A stretch of 45,081 bases of DNA, taken from assembly GCA_044222065.1 (NCBI GenBank), contig JBGAOA010000035.1:1-45081 (forward strand), given 5' to 3'. A program made the position numbers and the translations under genes. How positions within the stretch are numbered: position 1 is the stretch's first letter; the number at the start of each line of letters is the position of its first letter. This stretch comes from Candidatus Eiseniibacteriota bacterium (GTDB taxonomy: Bacteria > Eisenbacteria > RBG-16-71-46). This document shows positions 28,362 through 35,388 of the stretch, one piece after another. The notes beneath the pieces are model-generated. The model was not told where the DNA came from, ran no database searches, and was given only the letters and a program-made list of their open reading frames with translations.

Positions 28362-30541
28362 TGCGTTCACGAACCCCCAGTCGGTGGCGGACGGCGCTCG
28401 CGTTCGCGTTCGTCCTCGCCACGTGCGCCGCGCCGGCGCGCGCCCAACAGCACGTCATCCTCGACAAGCCGTTCCGGGCGGACGAGCTGACGCTCTATCC
28501 GAGCCTCGACGATCCGAACGTCTACTACTACCTGCCCGACAAGATCCGGGTCGCGACCGACGAGAACGGGAACCCGGAGTTCTCCTTCATCCGCTACGTG
28601 CGCAACGTCCGCACGGGGGGAGACCAGGCGGAGGCGCGCGAGGGCGAGGGTGGCGGCATCGTGCACGCCGCGGTCCTGATGTCGGTCAGCGACGAGCAGC
28701 TGCGCTCGGCCCTTCGGGCACTGCAGAGCCAGAAGCCCGGCGCCCGCATCGAGGGCCCGATCGCGTACAAGGCCGGGCGCTTCAGCCTCGTGTCCGCTTT
28801 CGCCGACGGCAAGGGCGGCTTCTCGAACCAGGTCCTCGGCCTCGGCAGCGCCCCGATTCTCGACAACCAGAAGGCCGCAGTCTCCATCGAGCTGACGCAG
28901 AAGGGCGCGACGATCCTCTGGGATTCGTTCAACCTCGCGAACCCGTCGATCGACTTCAAGTTCGAGATGGACGCGGCGGGCTACAGCTCGCCCATGAAGG
29001 CCACGATCGACGCCGACTGGTCGAAGATCTATTCGCATCGCTCGTTCGGCGCCGGCGTCGCGACCTCGTTCCTCGCCGCTGAAGTGAAAGACACGTTCGA
29101 CGAGCTGCGGACGACGGACGCGATCAAGATCACGCAGATCGGACAGGACGAGAAGATGAACGAAGTCATCGCGGCCGCCTACAAGATGATCCAGGACCGC
29201 ATGTTCGAACCGCTCGGCGGCACGGGCAGCCCCTCGCTCGAGCAGATGTCCGCGATGGGCCAGCAGCAGCAGAGCCTGCTCGATCGTGCGACCGCGAGAT
29301 TCAAGGAGGCGAAGGCGGACGCGGCCCAGGCGAATGCCGAGATCCGCAAGGACAACGACGCGATCCGAGCCCGCAACGACAAGGCGCTCGCTGAGCAGGG
29401 CGCGGTGCAGCGCGCGAAGTCCTCCGCCGAACTCGCCGACCGGCGCGCGATGGAGGCGGAAGCGCGTGCCGCTCAGCTCGAGCACAAGGCGGCAGTCGCG
29501 GCGAAGAAGGCGAAGGAGCCGCTCAAGGGCATCGAGGCGCTCACCGACGACGCGGACCTGATCGCGGCCGCGAAGCAGGCGAACGAAGACGCGCAGAAGG
29601 AAGCGGCGGCGCTGCAGAAGGACGCGGCGGCGGCGAAGGCGGAAGCCGCGAAGCTGCGAGCGAGCGCGGATCAGATCGCCACGTCCGGGGACGGCACGAT
29701 CCCGCACCAGACGGAAGCGCTGAAGAGCGAGCAGTCCCCGCCGCCGCTCTCGGTGATCGCGACGCTCGAGATGAAGAAGGTCAAGCAGAGCGGGACGTTT
29801 CACTTCGACATGAACAAGTTTCTGCCGGACAACCGCACATTCCCGTTCGTGCAGGGCATCGGCGACATGAGCCGGCTCAAGTCCGACTCGCGCTACTTCC
29901 GCCAGATCAACATGGACGACCCGCTCTTCAAGCAGCGCGAGATCGTCGCGATGGTCGACGGCGTGAACGCGCAGGACTTCGGCCAGTTCGTGAACTTCGT
30001 CAGCGTGCAGATGAAGAAGACGCACGCGAGCGGCGAGATCACGAACGACGAGGTGCGCATCGACCGCAACAACTTCAACAAGGAAGGCAACAACTTCAAG
30101 CTGCTCTACGGCTGGAAGGGCGACGACGACCGCAGCCGCTGGATGGAGTACGAAGTCCAGGCCACGTGGAGCCTGTTCGGCGGCAAGACGGTCGTGGACC
30201 CGTGGCGCAAGACTTCGTCGGGCGCGATCGACCTGACGCCCCCGTACCGGCGCCGCACGGTCACGATCGACGGTAATCCCGAGACGCTGCAGCAGGCGGA
30301 CGTGCGCGCCGTCACCGTGCAGCTCTTCTACGACCTCGGCGGCAGCGAACAGAGCAAGCAGGTCACGCTCAACGTCTCGAAGGGCCAGGCGGCGGAGAAG
30401 GTGGACATCCTCACGCCCGCCAACGCCACGAACTATGCGTACCAGATGACCTGGCAGCTCAAGGGCAACCGGACGCTCTCGACCCCGAAGCAGGCGGCCG
30501 TGTCCGACCTGCTGTTCGTCGACGAACTTCCTTCGCGCTGA
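28361..30541 (+). CDS. Operon protein F: exported paralog with long coiled-coil insertion (726 aa)
   Basis: TGATG overlap with E, AGGAGG RBS; signal peptide ...VLATCAAPARA; DDPNVYYYLPDKIRVA..PEFSFIRY...GGGIVHAAV; INMDDPLFKQR; YEVQATWSLFGG; ends FVDELPSR. Confidence 0.88.
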   Translation: MRSRTPSRWRTALAFAFVLATCAAPARAQQHVILDKPFRADELTLYPSLDDPNVYYYLPDKIRVATDENGNPEFSFIRYVRNVRTGGDQAEAREGEGGGIVHAAVLMSVSDEQLRSALRALQSQKPGARIEGPIAYKAGRFSLVSAFADGKGGFSNQVLGLGSAPILDNQKAAVSIELTQKGATILWDSFNLANPSIDFKFEMDAAGYSSPMKATIDADWSKIYSHRSFGAGVATSFLAAEVKDTFDELRTTDAIKITQIGQDEKMNEVIAAAYKMIQDRMFEPLGGTGSPSLEQMSAMGQQQQSLLDRATARFKEAKADAAQANAEIRKDNDAIRARNDKALAEQGAVQRAKSSAELADRRAMEAEARAAQLEHKAAVAAKKAKEPLKGIEALTDDADLIAAAKQANEDAQKEAAALQKDAAAAKAEAAKLRASADQIATSGDGTIPHQTEALKSEQSPPPLSVIATLEMKKVKQSGTFHFDMNKFLPDNRTFPFVQGIGDMSRLKSDSRYFRQINMDDPLFKQREIVAMVDGVNAQDFGQFVNFVSVQMKKTHASGEITNDEVRIDRNNFNKEGNNFKLLYGWKGDDDRSRWMEYEVQATWSLFGGKTVVDPWRKTSSGAIDLTPPYRRRTVTIDGNPETLQQADVRAVTVQLFYDLGGSEQSKQVTLNVSKGQAAEKVDILTPANATNYAYQMTWQLKGNRTLSTPKQAAVSDLLFVDELPSR

Positions 30542-30566
30542 CGCCGCGAGACCGATGGAGACGACC

Positions 30567-31892
30567 ATGAACTACCGCATTCCCGTCGCCGTTCTGCTGG
30601 CGCTGATCGCCGCCACCGCCGCGTTCGGCGCCCCGCGCACGTACGAGCGCACCGTCGCGCCGTTCGATCCGAGCCCGCACGTGCTGCCCACCAAGTGGCC
30701 GAGGGCGTGGCCCCAGCAGACGCCGCGCGCCGACGGTTCGTTCTACGACGGCGGCGCGGGCCAGTACACGAAGGCGTTCTACGTGCAGCTGTTCCCGTGG
30801 CTGCGATCGTGGGCGACCGCGCGCGTGGGACTCGACAACGAAACGGCCGCGTTCCAGGAATTCGTCAATGACCGGGGCGCCGTGCTGCAGAAGCGCATCA
30901 CGGGCGTGCCGGAGGGCAGTCTCGCGAAGTTCAACTTGGAGGTCGGCGGCCAGCTCAAGAACGAGCTGAACGCGTTCGTCAATGCCCGGAAGAAGGAGGT
31001 CACCGCGTCTCAGGCCGTCGACATCGCGATGACCCGCGCCCAGGCCGCGCTCAAGGGCGTCGAACAGAACGAGAAGCTGATCGCGGCGCAGAAGAAGGTG
31101 GACGAGAAGGCGTCGCTGGCCGCGAAGGCCGGGGAGATCAAGCGGCAGATCGCGGAATCGAAGGCCGTCGGCGAGATGTTCTCGAAGGCCGTCGGGACCG
31201 CATTCGACATCGTTTCGATCGTCCAGGACCCGGTCGGAAACGCGGGCAAGGCGATCGGCATGGTGACCGGCGCCGTGATCAACGCGGTCGTGGATGAGCA
31301 CGAAACCGAGCTGATGGTGCTCGACCTGCAGATGAAGGCGCTGGACGAGGCAATCGCCGCCGACAAGGCCGGCGCCCAGACCGCCGGGCTCGAGAAGGCG
31401 AAGCTGGAATTCAAGGCACTCTCGAGCGAAGTCGTGATGCGCATGCTCGAAGAGCAGCAGGTCGTCGTGCTGCAGAAGCAGGCGCTCGACAACCTCGCCG
31501 ACCTCGAGAAGGGCGCGAAGCTCAAGCGCATCGCGAGCGCCACGGACGTCTTCTACGACCTGCGGCTCAATCACCAGGAGTTCCTTCTGGCCGCGATGGA
31601 TCTGCGTCACAAGCTGTCGGCCTACCAGATCGTGCTGGATCGCGGCCCGGGCCGGCAGGCCGTGATCGTCACTCCGGAGCTCACGAAGACGATCGACCAG
31701 GTCGCCGCGTTCCCGAGTCCGGATGCCCAGTGGCTCGGCATCGCCCGCGTGTCCCGTGACTACATGGATCGCTACGGCTCCTGGTACTCGAAGGAGCACA
31801 CGTTCGTGGCCAGCCAGGCCAAGGCGCTCGGCGATCGCGTCGAGGTGCTCCCCATCGATGACGCGGTGCAGAAGATCATCGCGAGATTCTGA
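30567..31892 (+). CDS. Operon protein G: exported alpha-helical coiled-coil protein with central apolar segment
   Basis: GGAG before ATG 30567; signal peptide MNYRIPVAVLLALIAATAAFG; long A/K/E/Q-rich helices flanking AVGTAFDIVSIVQDPVGNAGKAIGMVTGAVINAVV. Confidence 0.85.
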   Translation: MNYRIPVAVLLALIAATAAFGAPRTYERTVAPFDPSPHVLPTKWPRAWPQQTPRADGSFYDGGAGQYTKAFYVQLFPWLRSWATARVGLDNETAAFQEFVNDRGAVLQKRITGVPEGSLAKFNLEVGGQLKNELNAFVNARKKEVTASQAVDIAMTRAQAALKGVEQNEKLIAAQKKVDEKASLAAKAGEIKRQIAESKAVGEMFSKAVGTAFDIVSIVQDPVGNAGKAIGMVTGAVINAVVDEHETELMVLDLQMKALDEAIAADKAGAQTAGLEKAKLEFKALSSEVVMRMLEEQQVVVLQKQALDNLADLEKGAKLKRIASATDVFYDLRLNHQEFLLAAMDLRHKLSAYQIVLDRGPGRQAVIVTPELTKTIDQVAAFPSPDAQWLGIARVSRDYMDRYGSWYSKEHTFVASQAKALGDRVEVLPIDDAVQKIIARF

Positions 31893-31898
31893 ATTTGC

Positions 31899-31930
31899 GC
31901 GGGGGCGGCTCGTTTCGGAGCCGCGTCCGC
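31899..31930 (+). other. Intergenic stem-loop between G and H
   Basis: gcggctc-gtttcg-gagccgc core (31905-31924), extendable with one mismatch; no U-tract. Confidence 0.5.
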
Positions 31931-31944
31931 CTGGAGGTTGCCCA

Positions 31945-34900
31945 GTGAAGCGATTCTCTTCCCGATGCGCCGGCCTCGTCGGAGCCCTCGCACTCGCGTG
32001 GCTGTCCGCCGCCGCGGCGCACTCCGCCGAATCCACCGCGACCGCGGCTGCGGTCGGTCTGCTGCCGATCCACGCGGTGACGGTGGATCTCGACGCGCTC
32101 GGCGCGAAGAAGAAGGGCGACGCGGATGGGGCCGCGTCGCTCGAAGGACTGAAAAAGCTGTGGGACGGATACCTGAAGAGCGCCGGGTTCAACGCCCTCG
32201 CCTTCACGGTGGACGTGCGCGATCTCGGCCCGCGCGGCGCCGGGCGGGTCGCGCAGCTGTGCCGTTGGGCGAAGCAGAACAACGTCCGCATCGCGCCGCT
32301 GCTGTCGGGCGCCGCGGAGGGCGAGGCGCTGCCCGCCGACTACGGCGAACGCGCCGCCGCCTTCGTGGGCAAAGTGCTCGCCGAACTCGGGCCGTCGGCG
32401 GCCGAGAGCTACTCGCAGATCGTGCTGTACCAGCTCGAGCGCCCGCTCAACCACCCGGCGAGCCACGGGGTGCTCGCGGCCGACGGCGCGGCGCAGCAGC
32501 TGCGTGCCGCCGCCGAAGCCGTGCGCGCCGCCGAGACGGCGAAGCTGTCGGCGCTTGGGCTGCAGGCGACCCCGCTGCTCGTCGCCGCCTCGTTCGACTA
32601 CGAGCTCGTGAAGCGTGGCGCGATCGCGCACACGCCGCTCACCGACGAGACGTTCGAGGCCGCGTTCGCGGCGACGAGCGACTACCTCGCGACGGTGCTC
32701 GCGACGGCCCCGGTCGAAGTCGTCGCGGTCGAATGGTACGCGGGCAGCGTGTCGGCCGAGGCCGGCAGCCGCATGCCCGACCTTCTCGCGCGCCTGCAGG
32801 CCGAGGCGCCGGGCAAGCTGCTCGTCATGAACACGGGTTTCTCGAGCGCGGCGGGCTCCGACACCGCACAGGCGCGCTACTTCGCGCTCACGCTCAACAA
32901 CCTCTGCGACCTGCGCGTGCGCCAGGGCGTGGACTCGCCGTTCGCCGGCATCGTGTGGCGAGACGCCGTCGACGGCGACGGCGGTGCGGCGAAGCCGCTC
33001 GATGCCGACGCGATCGCGAAGCTCGACTGGGCCGCGCGCGCGAAGGAACTGGACCGCGCGTGGACCGATCCGAAGGCGGATGCGAAGGACGCGCGCTCGT
33101 GGTTCGCCTCGATCCAGTCGAACTTCGGCATGATCTCGCGCGCGAAGTCGTCGGGATCGTCGCTCGCGCCCAAGACCGCGTTCCTCGTGATGTCCCATCT
33201 CGAGTCCGCGCTGGCGGAGTCCCCCGAGGCCGCCGACGCCATCGCGGTCGTGAAGGAGATCGCCGCCGCGGGGAAGGACGGCGCGGGCCAGCAGATCAAG
33301 TCGCGCCTCCAGGGCGCGCTCTTCGGACTGCTCGACGCGTTCCTCAGCAAGACGGCCCAGAACCTGTTCGCCGAGCCGTCCGCGCCGGCGCCCGTGACCG
33401 GCCCCGCGCCCGCGGCGCGGCCCGACCTCCAGATCATGTTCGCGGGCACGCTGCCGACGTCGGGCACGGTGCAGACGGCGATCACGGTTCCCGTCACGGT
33501 GTTCAACGGCGGCTCCGCCGCGGCGAGCGACGCGGCGGTCTATCTGCGCTCCCAGTCCGGCGATCTCGCGCACTCGAGCCCCGCGCCGCTGCTGCCGGGG
33601 GCCTCCATGACCGTGCAGCTGTCGTGGACGCCGGGGAAGGCGGAGCAGTTGAAGGGCATCACCGTCGAGGCCTATTGCGCGAACGACGCCGACCTGCAGA
33701 CCAATCGCGCTGACCTCGGCGATCTCTCGATCGCGAACTCCGGCGGCGGCGGCGGACCGAAGCCGCCGCGACCGCTCGGCGACGTCCTCGGCGACATCCG
33801 CGGACAGGTGCTCGACCCGGTGCGCAACGTCTCCACCGACGGCGGCGCGCCCGACATCCTCGTCATGGGCACGTACTCCACCGTGGACGCGTCGTCGTCG
33901 GCGACGTGGAATGCGTCGGGCGTCGAGGGCGGCACCGTGATGTCGGCGCCGCCGCCGGGCGCCTCCGGAGGAGGAACCGCGGGCGGAGCGACCGCCGCGC
34001 GACCGATCGGCTCGCCCGCGCCGCCGCCGTCCTCCGGCGATGCCGCTTCGTCGGTCGTCCGCACGGCCGTCTCGAATCCCTACTCGACGCCGTATCGCGA
34101 CGCGGTCGCGACGCTGCGCGTGGACAGGCGCGTCGTCGCGCAGCGTCCGATCGGCACGCTGCTGCCGGGCCAGCAGCGCACGGTGACGTTCGACGGCTGG
34201 CGCGCGCCGCGGGCGGGCGGCTACCAGGTCACCGTCGAGCTCGAGGGCGTGGGCCCCGAGGGAAGGAAGCTGCGCTCCAAGGCGAGCCAGCCGCTCACGA
34301 TCGGCGCCACCGCCGCCGCCGGGCCGCGTTCGATCCTGCCGTCGCCCGCGGGTGCGCGCCCGCTGACGCGAACGCGCGGCCTCGGCACGATCGGCAACAC
34401 CGCATCCTCGCAGCTCCTCACGAGCGCGGGCACCCGCGGACTCTCGGGCTCTCGCCCGGGCGCCGTGCGCTCGCTCGCGAGCGGCGCTCCGCTGCTCGGG
34501 CTCTCGGCCAACGCGATTCTCGTGCGCCCCTTCCCGCCGGCCGTGGACGCGGCGGTCGAGGGCGTCGTGCAGCTCACGAATCTCGAGAGCGCCGCGGCGC
34601 ACGCCACGGTCGAGCTGAGCGTGGACGGCGAAGCGCTCGGAAGCGCGTCGGTCGACGTGCCGCCGGGCGGGAGCGTGAGCGCCACGGGATTCCGCACGTG
34701 GACCGCGCGTCCGGGGCGTCACGACTTCGTCGCGACGGTGCGCGCGGGAGCGCGCACCGCGACGGCCGGCAAGTCCGTCTTCGTGGGCGCGGGGCCGGCG
34801 CGCGCGTTCGGACGACCGGGCGGCGACGTGGCCGCGGCGGGCACGGCGACGCCGATGCGCCCGATGCCCGCGCCGGTGCTGGGCGGAAGCGTCTTCGACT

Positions 34901-35379
34901 CGCGCACGGGCCCGGCGGCCGCGGCGGGCGGCACGAAGGGCGGCGGCTTCAAGCCCGCGTTGCCCGGCGGCGGCCCTCGCGCCGGGATCTCGAGCACGAA
35001 CGCGCCGGATCTCTCGATCGCGAACGCCGACCTGCGGCTGATCCCCGCGAACGCCGCGGCGGGCTCGAACGCGACACTCACCGTGCAGGTGCGCAATCTC
35101 GGCGGCGCGTCCGCGACCGACGGCCAGGTGCTGTTCGTGCTCGGCACCGAACGCGGCGAGGTCGCGCGCCAGCAGTTCCCCGCGCCGGTCGCGGGCGGCG
35201 GCATGCTGGCGCTCACGTGGCCGATCCAGGTTCCCGCGGGAACGCTCAGCGTGTCCGTGACCGCGAGCGCGTCCGGCGACGCCAACCCCAACAACAACGT
35301 GGCGCGTCTCGCTCCCGGTGCGGCGAGCGGTGCGTCGCGACTGCCCGGGCGAACCCTCGCGCCCTCGACGAAGAAGTAG
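31945..35379 (+). CDS. Operon protein H: exported; GH-like TIM-barrel domain + multiple Ig-like/CARDB domains
   Basis: GGAGG before GTG 31945; signal peptide; YQLERP / VEWY / VMNTGFS pattern resembling clan GH-A; CARDB-type PDL...V.V.N.G...D.N..NN repeats (near 33421 and 35005). Confidence 0.8.
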   Translation: MKRFSSRCAGLVGALALAWLSAAAAHSAESTATAAAVGLLPIHAVTVDLDALGAKKKGDADGAASLEGLKKLWDGYLKSAGFNALAFTVDVRDLGPRGAGRVAQLCRWAKQNNVRIAPLLSGAAEGEALPADYGERAAAFVGKVLAELGPSAAESYSQIVLYQLERPLNHPASHGVLAADGAAQQLRAAAEAVRAAETAKLSALGLQATPLLVAASFDYELVKRGAIAHTPLTDETFEAAFAATSDYLATVLATAPVEVVAVEWYAGSVSAEAGSRMPDLLARLQAEAPGKLLVMNTGFSSAAGSDTAQARYFALTLNNLCDLRVRQGVDSPFAGIVWRDAVDGDGGAAKPLDADAIAKLDWAARAKELDRAWTDPKADAKDARSWFASIQSNFGMISRAKSSGSSLAPKTAFLVMSHLESALAESPEAADAIAVVKEIAAAGKDGAGQQIKSRLQGALFGLLDAFLSKTAQNLFAEPSAPAPVTGPAPAARPDLQIMFAGTLPTSGTVQTAITVPVTVFNGGSAAASDAAVYLRSQSGDLAHSSPAPLLPGASMTVQLSWTPGKAEQLKGITVEAYCANDADLQTNRADLGDLSIANSGGGGGPKPPRPLGDVLGDIRGQVLDPVRNVSTDGGAPDILVMGTYSTVDASSSATWNASGVEGGTVMSAPPPGASGGGTAGGATAARPIGSPAPPPSSGDAASSVVRTAVSNPYSTPYRDAVATLRVDRRVVAQRPIGTLLPGQQRTVTFDGWRAPRAGGYQVTVELEGVGPEGRKLRSKASQPLTIGATAAAGPRSILPSPAGARPLTRTRGLGTIGNTASSQLLTSAGTRGLSGSRPGAVRSLASGAPLLGLSANAILVRPFPPAVDAAVEGVVQLTNLESAAAHATVELSVDGEALGSASVDVPPGGSVSATGFRTWTARPGRHDFVATVRAGARTATAGKSVFVGAGPARAFGRPGGDVAAAGTATPMRPMPAPVLGGSVFDSRTGPAAAAGGTKGGGFKPALPGGGPRAGISSTNAPDLSIANADLRLIPANAAAGSNATLTVQVRNLGGASATDGQVLFVLGTERGEVARQQFPAPVAGGGMLALTWPIQVPAGTLSVSVTASASGDANPNNNVARLAPGAASGASRLPGRTLAPSTKK

Positions 35380-35388
35380 GAGGCCGCG

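Noticed and set aside
19461..31892. Direct assignment to MACPF or cholesterol-dependent cytolysin families
   Set aside because: No MACPF signature (Y/W-G-T/S-H-F/Y-x6-GG) or CDC undecapeptide seen; kept only as a topological hypothesis.
26427..31892. Apparent lower-GC stretch as evidence of horizontal transfer
   Set aside because: Explained by Lys/Asn/Glu-rich protein composition; third positions remain G/C-rich and no mobility genes or att-like repeats flank it.
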